Shown: positions 35,701 to 46,392 of the stretch, piece by piece
Position numbering within the stretch: the first letter of the stretch is position 1
Layout: each line of letters begins with the position of its first letter
Assembly: GCA_964187785.1 (NCBI GenBank)
Contig: CAXLNC010001087.1
Span: 186,001 to 250,000 of the forward strand
From: Amphiscolops sp. MND2022
Lineage: Eukaryota
Reading direction: 5' to 3'
DNA length: 64,000 nucleotides
Notes under the pieces: generated by a model
Seen by the model: only the letters and a program-made list of their open reading frames with translations
What the model was told of the DNA's origin: nothing
Database searches by the model: none
Made by a program: the position numbers and the translations under genes

Positions 35701-36618
35701 GTGCCTGCGCAGGGGGAACCCAGTATGTTGAAAGCTCTCCGAGGGTTGGATGAGTCCCCTCGTCGTTCTTTCTTGCGCGAGTGTCAGGGGTGTTTACTTG
35801 AACTTTTGAAGCAGCTCAATTCCAGTCCTTACGCCCATTCACTGATTGCCCGGTCGTTGAGTTCCTTAAGTGTGGACATGTTGCTGGGCGGGGACGCCGA
35901 TTACGTCGCAGACTTATTCCAGGATCTTGTTGCTTGTTTGCAGGAGTCTGGTTGTCTAGATGGTGTGGAGCGTGAGGCCGCATCAAACGAGTTCAAGTCT
36001 TTGGTCGTGGAGTTGCGTGGACGTTCCGTGGATTATTCCCAAATCGATGATGTATTCAGTTTTTTGGAGTCTCTTGATATCTTCTAGTGCCGGGCTCATG
36101 TGAGGCAGGTCGTTCGTCTCGTGCGCGTGATTGTGTGTCCTGCTCCTCGTCCTCTTCCTCACGTTGAAATATCGACTAGTGGTTGTAGTGTGCCTCTGTC
36201 AGTGATCCAGACTGGTTTGAGTGGTGTTCAGTCATTTGTTATTCAGCCCAAGTTTGTATCAAATGAGCTTTTGACAGTGAAGTGTATTGCAGAATTAAAG
36301 AGTAATCTGTTAGTTGGTCATCTGTTCTTGGGGTGCAGTACCTTTGATCCCTGGGGTGGAGTCAGTCGTCATCCATATGAAGATGTCTTCGGAAGTATCT
36401 TTCGATGTTATACTGCTTATTATGCTGGGCAGGTTGAGGAGTGGAGAGCTCGTATGACAGCCGGCCCGTCTTCTCGAGGAGAGGCCTCTGAAGGTACGTC
36501 TGTAGCTGATACTGCATCTCTTGTTGTAGCTTCTGGATCTCAACAGGGCACTACTACTCCAGCGTCCGAAAAGAAGAAAGGGAGTAAAAAGAACGTTCGA
36601 CGGGGAAAGTCGTGTTGA
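32788..36618 (+). pseudogene. Antisense five-exon gene inside Gypsy 1, encoding a low-complexity N-terminus and a degenerate hAT-type transposase homolog
   Basis: Exons 32788-33106, 33189-33419, 33524-33751, 33873-34001 and 34158-36618, with four phase-1 GT-AG introns that join in frame. The last exon has a BED-like CAVC...RHFKYKGH finger, SWSKTETLVVIVQTLFPRVLRRVKSWLGDSPFSLALQSS and FLRECQGCLLELLKQLNSSPYAHSLIARSLSSL. Stops at 34439, 35027 and 36085; frameshift near 35720. Confidence 0.72.
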
Positions 36619-36993
36619 ATGATATCGTAACTGAAGACTTTGATGAAACTGTTTCTTTGTATTTTGTTTTTATTGTTCTTGTTGGAATTAGTCATTGTTC
36701 TTCTCATATAGTTGGGTTCCGCGTGTCGGTTCCTTTGATAGAAAAAGAGAAAGAAAAAAAATCATGCTCTGATATTATGGAGCGATAGGAAAAAATTTGA
36801 GGCAACTCAATGATCCGTCGGGTTAGTCAATTTAGTATTTTGCCTCTGTATTGTTTTCATCCAAGTTGTAGAGTGGTTGAGTGTAAGAGAGAGAAAGAGC
36901 TATTATAAGTTGAGGAGATTTGAATATGAGTCGCAGTATAGCTGTCCAGGTTAGCGCCTGGGGCCTTTTCAGTTTTCTGATCTCAGGCCACCG

Positions 36994-38565
36994 TCAGTGC
37001 CGAGGTCCGCTAGAATCTATTTCTGGGCCGTCGTCCAGGCCTTCGTTCTGATTTGAGGAATTTTCAGAGTTTATCTCTAAGGCGTTGTAATATGCAAAAT
37101 CTGGTTTCCAATTTGAAGCTGGGTTTCGTCGGAGATTGTAATGGGATTTTCGGGGGGATTTAGGAACGGGTGTATGATCTTCGGGTTCATTTTCGGTATC
37201 TAGGACTGGGTCATCTGTCGGGCTTCCTGAGTGGTTACTATTGCTTGCAGGCCCGTGCATTGGGTCGGGGTTCAAAGGGTTGGGGTACGTGAGGGCATCG
37301 ATTGTTTCCGGTGTCTTGGGTATTACTTCGGGTTCAGGCGACTGGCTATTTCCGGGTTGGGTAGGGGGTTCTTGATAAAGTTCTTGCCAAGCTATTGCGA
37401 AGAGGTCATCATGCTGTATGATTACCTCCGTGTCCTGCTGGAAATCTTTAGGCGAAACTGAGATGTCAGGCAGTTTGTGGCTGCTTGCGAATGGTCTTAG
37501 TCTGATTCTGTCCAGGATCTGGGTGAGGTTCGTTTGGAGTTTTCGGATTAAATAATTATTGTTGGGTAGGGCTTTGACCACGATATATGGTCCCGTCCAA
37601 AGGTATTCCCGAAACGGCAGTTTTGTCGCTTGGCTATGCGCCTTTGGATGTAATGCATAGCAGTAGTCGTTTACTACCAGTGGGTTTGCTGATGCCTTTC
37701 TGTCATAATAGCGTTTATGACGTACATAGGCCTGCATCAGTGCTTGCTGACTTTGGTTGAGGATTTGTCGTGTTTGCTGCAACACTTCCTCAGCTACTTC
37801 GCGATTGATTGGGGTAGGGGACTGTGGTTTGAGTCCGTATTTCAAGTCGAGTACGTTGTAGGGCACTCTTCCGTGAAACACCCTGCTGGGTTCGCAGCCT
37901 AGGGATGTGTGGTATGAGGTATTGTAGTTCAATACTGCCATCGGTAGGAATTGGTGCCACGTAGTGCGTCGTTCTCCTGTCATGATTTTGAGACTTTCTT
38001 TCAGGGAGGCGTGAGTCCTCTCTAGGATGCCGATCGTCTGGGCATGTTTTGTGGTGGCGTGTTTCAATTGGATTCCCAATGCTGCTGTGGTTTGATGCAT
38101 TGCTTCTGATATAAATTGGGATCCCTTGTCTGTTATTATTGTTGTGGGTAAGTAGCAATGCCTGGTTATGATGTCTGTGAGGACTCGTGTGACTGTCTTG
38201 GTATCGATTCTGGTGACACTGTATGCGAATAGATATCTGGAGAACACGTCCATTGCAGTAATGACTGCGGTATAGCCTCCTGATGGTTCATCAAAAGGGA
38301 CTATGTCCATCTGGAGTGCATCTTCGGGTCCCATTGCTACTTTTGACATGTCGATCAGCGGTGGTGTGATGGTACTGTTGGGTGTTCTCTTTGCCTGGGC
38401 ACATTCCATACAGTGCGCTATATGGTTAGCTATTCGGGCGGCAAGTCCTGGGAAGTAGTACTTCTTGCGGCATTGTTGGATAGTTTTGGCTATTCCCGGG
38501 TGTTTTCCATATTTGCCATGGTGGTGTTGTATGAATTCATCGACTAGTTGTTGGGGGTGCAGCAC
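36994..38565 (-). CDS. pol: Gypsy integrase (HHCC, DDE, GPY/F module)
   Basis: H..GKHPG...CMEC; LQMDIVPF, ITDKGSQF, GILERTHASLK; WTGPYIVVK. Confidence 0.95.
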   Translation of the reverse strand: MLHPQQLVDEFIQHHHGKYGKHPGIAKTIQQCRKKYYFPGLAARIANHIAHCMECAQAKRTPNSTITPPLIDMSKVAMGPEDALQMDIVPFDEPSGGYTAVITAMDVFSRYLFAYSVTRIDTKTVTRVLTDIITRHCYLPTTIITDKGSQFISEAMHQTTAALGIQLKHATTKHAQTIGILERTHASLKESLKIMTGERRTTWHQFLPMAVLNYNTSYHTSLGCEPSRVFHGRVPYNVLDLKYGLKPQSPTPINREVAEEVLQQTRQILNQSQQALMQAYVRHKRYYDRKASANPLVVNDYCYALHPKAHSQATKLPFREYLWTGPYIVVKALPNNNYLIRKLQTNLTQILDRIRLRPFASSHKLPDISVSPKDFQQDTEVIIQHDDLFAIAWQELYQEPPTQPGNSQSPEPEVIPKTPETIDALTYPNPLNPDPMHGPASNSNHSGSPTDDPVLDTENEPEDHTPVPKSPRKSHYNLRRNPASNWKPDFAYYNALEINSENSSNQNEGLDDGPEIDSSGPRH

Positions 38566-38652
38566 TTGTAAATATTTGACTTTTCCAGTGTCCCCAAAGT
38601 ATGGCCTATATAGGAGTCCATCTTTGATGATGATCCCATCTTCTTGGGCTAG

Positions 38653-40199
38653 TTACTTCGTTGCTCTGGGATCGTCATTGAGGAGTTGAGTGTCGTACGG
38701 TTCCTTCAATATTTTGAGCTTGAGGTTTCTGAGGACGGGGTCCTGGTCCTGGTGTGGTCTTAGGCTGCGAGGAAAATTGGTTTCGTTGTGTAGCTGACGC
38801 CTTTGTTCCTGTTCTGGGTCTTGGATGTTGTTGCAAACTATGGGCAGATTCTCTGTTTGCGAGCTTGGTTCGGTTGTATCGATTTGAGAACCAGTTGGCT
38901 GTTCTAGGGGGTTATAGATTTTCTTTCGGGCACGTTGTTTGCGTTCCCAGATATCGTCTTCAGTTTCGGAATCGTCTTCCGGCAAAAAGTAGAATTGATC
39001 CTCCACATGTATATCTGAGGATTGGATGTTCACTTGGATGGGCGTGGTCTGAATATCTTCTCTGATTTGGAGAAGGACTTTTTCTTTTGGATTGATGTCC
39101 AATCGGGAGAGGAAGTCTGCCGACGTGTTCATCCTTCCTGGCACATGGGCAATTTTGAAGTGAAATTGAAGCACAAAATCACAGGTGTTCCACAGGGAGG
39201 GTGGGATCATTTTGGTTCGAAAAAACCTTGACTGATTTATTGTCTGTTAGAACGATGGTTGGTTCGGAGGAACCCCACAAGATGTGGCTATATTCCATGA
39301 AGGCGAAATAAATGGCTAAAAACTCCTTGGCATAAGTAGACTTTTTCAATTGTGACGGGGAGAAAGTTTTAGAGCCAAATGCCACGGGGGCATATGTTTT
39401 CTTGGTGGAGGTGAGTTTCTGTTCTGGGTTTTCTTCAGTCATCAAGGCATATCCGGCGTTCTTGAAGTTCGCATCAGTCATTAGGACATACTGCCGGTTT
39501 GGCAGCGGCTGTTTGAGCCAGAGGTCACATGCGTTGTCTAACGACTTGTTGATGGCTTCAAAGTTGGTTATGAGTTCTTGATCTATTTTGGCAGGTTTGT
39601 CGGATTTGATGAGTTCGTGGAAAGGGGCTATCTTCTCGGATAATCGGGGAATGTAATTTCTGTAATAGTTCACGAATCCGATGTATCGTTGAAGTCCTTT
39701 CTTCGTTCGAGGGAACTTGAGTGTTTGCAAGTATTTCTGGATCTTGTGGCTCTGGGGTGCCACTCCTGATGGGGAGATCGTTCGCCCAAGGAATTCGACT
39801 TCTTTGGCGCCGAACTGACATTTCGCCATTGTGAGCCGGAGTCCTGCAGTACGGATGCATTGGAAAACCTCTCTCAAATTGTTTTTCAACTCTTCGGGAG
39901 TGTTTGTGGCGATTCCAATGTCGTCCACGTATTGCGCGCATTTGTTCGCCTTTATGGCTTTGTCCAGGTATTCCCTCATGAAACTTGAGAAGGACGATAG
40001 TGAGTGGCTCAGTCCTTGGGCCAGTCTCAGGTACGCGAACGTTCTGCTGGCAAAGTTGAAGGCTAGGAGCTGGACGGACTTCTGGTCTGCCATCTGCAGT
40101 ACGTGGTAAGCTTGTGAGCAATCAAGCTTACAAAACAACTTCTTGCCGGCGAGGTGTTGTGCAGCGTCGGTCAGTGTGCTGACTGGATGGTAATTGTTA
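38653..40199 (-). pseudogene. pol: RT C-terminal part, RNase H and linker (frameshifted)
   Basis: KLDCSQAY, QYVDDIGI, VEFLG, VLMTDANFKNAG, YAKEFLAI, LTDNK, AHVPGRMNTSADFLSR. Confidence 0.93.
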
Positions 40200-40671
40200 T
40201 TTTCCGCCCATATTTCATATGGGAAAGGAAAATATTTAAATCAAACGGTTTTTTTTTTTTTACAAAATTTGCCAAGATTTTATTTATATTTAAATTTAAG
40301 GGTGTTACCCATAGAATTCAACCCACATAAATTTAGCTTCGTGCGATATGTATTTGTAGAGATTTTTGAAGTTTTTTTAAAAAATGACGAAAATGACGAA
40401 AATGACCCCTTAATGACAAAATGACCCCTTAATGACAAAATGACCCCGAAAATGACAAAAATTCCCAAATTTCTCATTTTTAAACATTTTTATGCAATTT
40501 TTGCCATTTTTTGAGACACCGCGAATTAGAAAAATGGACAAGATGAATCGAAGCTTTCTTTTCTTCGAACTTCTCAGCGTTTTTATAGTGCATTAGTTAT
40601 TCTTGAGCCTCAAATTTATGTAGTTGTAGAACAGTTCGGGGCGGAAAATATCCCGCTCCTCAGCGGGCGTC
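40200..40671. mobile_element. ~470-bp MITE-like insertion interrupting RT
   Basis: AT-rich insert flanked by a ttgtta direct repeat (40194-40199 and 40672-40677); removing it restores DDYINNYHPVSTL. 12-bp inverted repeat tattttccgccc / gggcggaaaata; internal aaaatgac repeats. Confidence 0.8.
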
Positions 40672-42077
40672 TTGTTAATATAGTCATCGGAGATCAACTT
40701 GTTGATCTTTCGGAGGTCCACTAGAAGGCGCAGTCGTCCATTCGGTTTGCGCTGGGCGAAGATCGGGCTGGCGTACTTGCTGAACGGGAGGGTTGTTATG
40801 ATCCCGAAGTAATGCATTAATGCTAGTTCCACTGTCAAGTCCTCTTTCAAGTTAATAGGGCAGGGCAGGCTTTGCGAGTAGACTGGTTCGTCCGTTTTCG
40901 GCGTGAGTTTGATTTTAAAGTCGTGGTTAATTCCGATGTCCAATCGGTGCCTCGCAAAAATGTCATTGAACTCTATCAGTATTTCTTGGATGTCTTTCTG
41001 GTCATTTCCTGTTAGCTGGGAGTCATCCCATTTGAAGTTTTTGAGGAATGCTTCTCGGTCTTCTGCGCTGTTGTTGGGGTCCAGCTTCTGGATTTCTTCC
41101 AGTTCTTTGATTTCCCTCAGTATTCTGCTCTGAATTGGTGTGTGGGTATTAGGGTCTCCAGGATTATCTGGTGTGGGGAACGAAAAGTTTTGAGTGTGAG
41201 AAGGTTGGTCAGAAGTTTTCAGGAGTTCGTTGATGTATATTATTGCGTCTTCTGAGTCGTCCTCCGTGAGTACTTTTAGTGCTGCTGTGTTGAGTGGTTT
41301 GAGTTCTTTGGCTTCTTCGGGTGACATGATTTTGAACTCAGCAACGGTTGTATTCTTTTTTATGGTGTAAGGCGTGGGGGTAGTGTTGGTTACTCTGACG
41401 TCAATTTTCCGGTTGGAGGCCGTGGATATCGAGCTGGCTACGACCAAAGGGTCACCGCTGCAATGGTTGGTGGCTGGGTTGATGACACCGGTTGTGTCGA
41501 TTGTAGATGTTATGTCCGTGTAAGCGGTGATTGTCTGGGTTGTCTCAGGAGGAATGGTGAGTGGACTCTTGACTTGTACTTTGTATAGTTTTCTGTTGCG
41601 GGTATATTCATCGGTTTCAATCGAGTATGTTAGATGGGGGAAGTGGAGTAGGCCTTGGCTTACATCTAGGATGGCGCTGTTGTTTTTCAGGAATGTGAGG
41701 CCGAGTATTGGGCCTGTGAGTCGTTTTGCTACGATGAACGTTTCTTTGAAATTCCAGTCCCCGATTTCGAATTGGAGGATTATGGTCTTGGTGGGGGTTT
41801 CAATGTCGCCGTTTGCGACTTGGAGTTTGAACGGGGGTGGTTCCAGTTCTTTGACTATGTCCTTGGGGGACATCTGGAGGATTTTTTTGTAATCGGTTTC
41901 GGAGATGCAGTTGACCAGTGCTCCGGAGTCGATGAGGGCGTCTAGGGTCAAGTCCTGGACGTCCATTGGGGCGAATAGCATCTTCTTTTTCTTCTTAAGG
42001 GTCACCGCTGAGAAGATTGGAATGCATTCTTCTTTGGTGATGGGGTCTCTTGTGAGGTATTCTGCAATCTGAGCCAT
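40672..42077 (-). pseudogene. pol: Aspartic protease and RT N-terminal part
   Basis: ALIDSGA, ILGLTFL, PVYSQS, YASPIF..RKPNGRLRLLVDLRKIN. Confidence 0.93.
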
Positions 42078-43008
42078 GGGGTAGGACTGGGGTTCGTCCT
42101 GTGTCGGTGTGTCGTTTACAGCACCTGAGGGGATTCAGATTGCATGTTGGTTTCGGCAGTCGTAATGGGTCGAGGGTCCTCGACTTCATTTGCGGGCTGA
42201 CTTCTTGGGGAGGAGGGTGAGGGCGACGCCTCGTTGTAGGAGAGGGGCTCTAGGAGTAGAGACCTTTCTATTCTCCTTGTTTGCGGTGTGGAGATTGTTA
42301 TCTCCGTGTTGGTTGTAGTTTGGGTCAGGTCCACGGCTTCAGTCGTGGTTCTGCCGGTGAGCTTTTGGGTTTGGTGTCAGTCTGGTGCCACGTCCATTGT
42401 TGGGGATCGTATGATTCCGGCTCTGATGGGGTTGGCTGTTTGGTGTTTTGGTGGTGATTGTGGAGCCGTAGTTTGGGATCCGTGGTTTTTGAGTATGGAC
42501 TTTGGCCTGCTAGTCGGTTCGTCGACAAGTATTTCCGTCACTCGTTCTGTGTCTTGGTCGTACTCTGGGACCGGTTGGATGGTTTTCGGTCTGTGGCGTG
42601 GTTCTGTTGATATATTCATCCAGGTTGTTTTGATGAATTCCTCAAATGGCGTGCACTCTCGTTGTTTAAAGGTTAAAGTCGTTTTCTCGTAGAGTTTGGG
42701 GTTGTGGTAGGGGTCGCAGTTGAAGTCGGGGTCATGAATATAGGTTTCAGGGGCAGTAGTTTCGGGTAGTGGTCGTTTTGGAGTGTCGTAGTCGTTCGGG
42801 TTGTTAAGGTACCATTGTGGGTAGTCTTTTTTGGTCGTATTCTGACGGTTGTACTTATGGAGCCTGTGGATTTGCCATCTTCGCCGCCAGTCGAGAGATG
42901 GTTGTTCACAGCGCACCGTGATTTCTTCATGATCGTAAGAGTTTGGGGGTTCCGATGTTGTGAAGTGTCGTGTGTCGACCTCCTTCCCAAACTGAAGATG
43001 TGGCGAAT

Positions 43009-44574
43009 TTAGTTTTTTGACTGATTTGGTTCCTGGGGTTGGTTTTGGGGTTGGGTTGTCGCTTGTGCAGGTGGCATGTAGCCCATTTGGCTAGTTGCTT
43101 GATTGTGGTACTGGGTTTGGGTTTGGGTTGTCATTGGGAGAGGGGGTATGTAGCCCATTTGGCTGGTTGTTTGGTTCTGGTACGACGGTTGGGTCGCTTG
43201 GAAATTGTTTTTGGCATACTGACCTTGTGATTGTGGAGGTATCGGGATGTTATTTGGGGACGTGGCTTTGGGGGTTTTCCACCACTGTGGTCGATTTGCC
43301 CAGTTGGCGCCTGAGTAGCATTCTTGGGTGGTGTGGCTTTTCTTTCCACAAGTTTCGCATGGATCGACAATTTTGGTGGGCACCCTGTTACCTCTATTGC
43401 GGGCTTCGCGGGCTACTTGCCGGCAGTTTTTGATAACATGGCCGGATTGTCCGCATCCGTAGCATGGTCCTGACGGTTTGGGAGGATTCTTAGCTTGTTG
43501 TGGTTCTAGTGCGTCGATTTGATGCACTCCTGTTATGTTGGTCTCGTTGGGGGCCAACAGTCTGTTTAACTCCATCTCTCTCTCTCTCTCTCTCTAAGTG
43601 TTGGACCATCATTTCGTAAGATTCAGTTTCTAACCTTGCTTGGTTCAGGACTCGTTTGAGGTGGGTTGGCATTTTGGCATAGAAGGACGTCTCGATGAAT
43701 TTGGGGGCGTCGTCACCGTGTGCTTCTTGAGCCAGCTTTTGATACTGCTCCAAGAAGTCTTGGAAGGTTTGTTGGGATGGGTCAAAATGGAGTTGTTCCC
43801 ATTTGCAGCGGGCTGTGGCGATAGATTGGGGGCGGACATATCGTCGTCGGAAGGTCGCTATGATGTCATCTAGGCTGGCACGGTTTGTGTCAGTCATGTT
43901 GCGGTAGGTCTGCAGAGCGTCATCTCTGAGTAGGGAGTGGAAATAGTGGATCTATTCCTCTTCTGATATGTTGGGGTACACTTTGAGGCTGGTCATGAAG
44001 AAGTCTTCAAAGTGCTCGAACTTGTCGTTCTTTCCGTTGAATGTGGGCATAGTTGTTGACAATGCCTTGGGCAATCTGGGGAGTCCTACGTTTTGTTGGG
44101 TGACATTCTTGAGTGATTCTAGCAGCTTGTCCACTATGTGATCCGGGTATTTCTGGTTGGGGGCGGTAGGCTCGATGATCGGGGCGGTGCTTCTGTTTGG
44201 GGGAACACTCCTGTCACCATGTGTTGACCCTGAGATGGGTGCAACTCGTTCAACGTAGTTGGCCTTGATGTCGAGGCTTGGTTTTCAGGTTCGTAGAGAT
44301 CCACTATGGGATTTTCGGATCTAAGCGGATGGCCGGACAATGAGTCTATTTTTGAAGATAAATTCTCAATCATCTTCAGAATTTCCCTTTGCCCAGTCTC
44401 GGCGTCTTTTATTCTTCTACCAACTGATTTTTCGATTTTCTCAGAGATTTCGGAAAAATCGCGATCGGAGATACTAGGTACATTTTCAGTCCTTTGACTA
44501 GCTGCCTCAGGTTCACCTAGCGAGCTGGATACTGAATCCCTTCTGGCTTTCCTTTTAGAGGATCTTTCGGGCAT
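43009..44574 (-). pseudogene. gag: Gag (capsid-like region plus two CCHC zinc knuckles), interrupted
   Basis: MPTFNGK..KFEHF, CYGCGQSGHVIKNC, CETCGKKSHTTQEC. Stop at ~43952 and a (CT)n expansion frameshift at ~43575-43595. Confidence 0.88.
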
Positions 44575-46142
44575 TTTTGGTTTTTAAGCTCACAGATTCA
44601 AACTATTCGACAAAGAATGAAGAAAGGTTGAGATTTTAATCTTCAATTGAGTTTTGTAACAAGAGAAAACGAAGTTGCTTTACAGGAAGCGATTATTGAA
44701 TTTTCAAAATCTATCAATTTATTATTTTTCAACTGCACTTATTTAACTTTTCCAAGTATATATACCTTTCACCCACGTGAAGCGGGGAAAAATCCGCACC
44801 ACTTTCACGCTTTATTCAGCCCGGCGTCCTTCCAAGGCGGAGAAACCCGAAGTTCAGTTCCGCTTTGTCGAACTCAGGCTCTCAGTTTGTTCATGCTTTC
44901 CGAGGAAAGCACGCGTCCACTTCCTGCCTGAGTTGCGACTCCGCTTTCCTTCACCTCCAATTCCCGCCTTTTCAGGACGCCGAAGCTGAAATCAGCAATA
45001 AAATGAGCGATGATTCAACATTTCGCTTTTAAAAAGCGGGAAAGATGAAATTAAGCAACAACAATTATGGAAATTAGAATTTTCCCAAAACGATTTAACT
45101 GATTTAAATTTTACTCCGGATAATAGTTATTTCAACGAAACTGCACTTAAGCTCATAAAACCACCCGTGGGGGCATGAAAATACTGATTAAGTATGAAAG
45201 TACAAAGCTCGGTCTCGGGCTGGGGTCCGAGACGATTAAGGCAAAATAACTGATTTCCCAAAAATAGCAACGACTAACAATTTTGTGATTTATATCAACT
45301 TGGGGATGCGGTTCAGGTCATTTCTCAATCCAGTTTAAATGAGGATTAATTTTAAAAGGATAGTACAAATCATTAATAGTGGTTAAATAACTCAAGTCAA
45401 AGATTTAATTCCCAGGCCGGGGTCTAGGCCGTGGTTTAATGCATTTAAAGTTAAGTATTGCTACATGGATAAATGGTCACAAACTGCATGTAATCAACCA
45501 CTAATTCTTAATACACTGCGTATTTGGGACGTGGTTTCACTGATGGGACGGTGGATAATCGGGAGTACCGATATTTTCACTTTTGGGATGGATTTGGACA
45601 AACCTGATTTCAGGCCGGGTCCTGGGCTACAGTTTATTACATTTAATAATTAATCTTGGTTTACATGGGTGAATAGTACTGCACAACACTCTTGACCGTT
45701 ATTCGGTCATTTTTCATTGTGAGCGTTTAGTTATCGGGTAAAAATCATCAACTGTATTAACAATTTCCATTTCTACAATGGATTTTATAAATTTACATTT
45801 CAGGCCACTTCCTGGGCCGCGGTACATTACTTCCAGTTAATATCAACACAATTTGTACATTACTCAGGGAATTACATGTAAATCGTCACATTAGTTGTCT
45901 TTGTTTGTATCAACACTTTTACATGTAATCATTTAATAGCGCGTTCACTGCTGCACAGTGTTAAATAGCTCATTCCAATTTCAGGCCGCTTGCCAGGCCG
46001 CCGCTTCATTGCGTAAATCTGAGGCCGGTCGCCAGGCCACGGTTCCGCCATTAATCTTTCAAACCGTTTGCTGAGCGGTGTGATTCTTTTAACAATATTG
46101 CACTGTATTATTATTATTATTATTAACTGCACTAATAGTTCC

Positions 46143-46392
46143 GTACTTGTTGGTACACTGTGTGTGTACGTATATATTCTTGTATAAATATATGTCATTA
46201 TTAGTATTTACACATATGTAAATATAATTTTAGCTCCAAGCTGATTCAAAGTAATAGTTTATAATAGCAATAAATTAGTTGTTTGTTAGTTATTTCACTT
46301 GCCTTTTTCTGTTTCGGTCTAATTCCAATTTCCTTCTTCGTAGACCGCGCTTGTTGTGTGACAGGTTTCACAGCTTAGCTGGGGCTGTGACA
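46143..46392 (-). repeat. 5' LTR (portion matching the 3' copy; inner boundary unknown)
   Basis: Direct repeat of 31785-32038, with a TG start at 46392 on the minus strand. Confidence 0.88.

Larger units (their letters stand above)
31785..46392 (-). mobile_element. Ty3/Gypsy LTR retrotransposon (>=14.6 kb) with a 3' accessory region; defective
   Basis: Near-identical terminal direct repeats. Gene order gag-PR-RT-RH-IN on the minus strand, with IN after RH as in Gypsy. The left LTR is cut by a gap, so the TSD cannot be checked. Confidence 0.93.

Noticed and set aside
37231-43873. Many plus-strand ORFs overlapping Gypsy 1 gag-pol, and antisense ORFs over E1/E2 and Gypsy 2
   Set aside because: Shadow frames of real coding sequence, with no independent signals.
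44205-44225. CA|TGGTGACAG on the minus strand as a possible LTR end and PBS for Gypsy 1
   Set aside because: It lies inside the gag-leader ORF, I cannot match it to a tRNA 3' end, and the other LTR is cut by a gap, so LTR length cannot be confirmed.
46106-46130. Short (ATT)6 in the Gypsy 1 LTR/leader as another train junction
   Set aside because: No iterons or TIRs next to it; at most an unused target.
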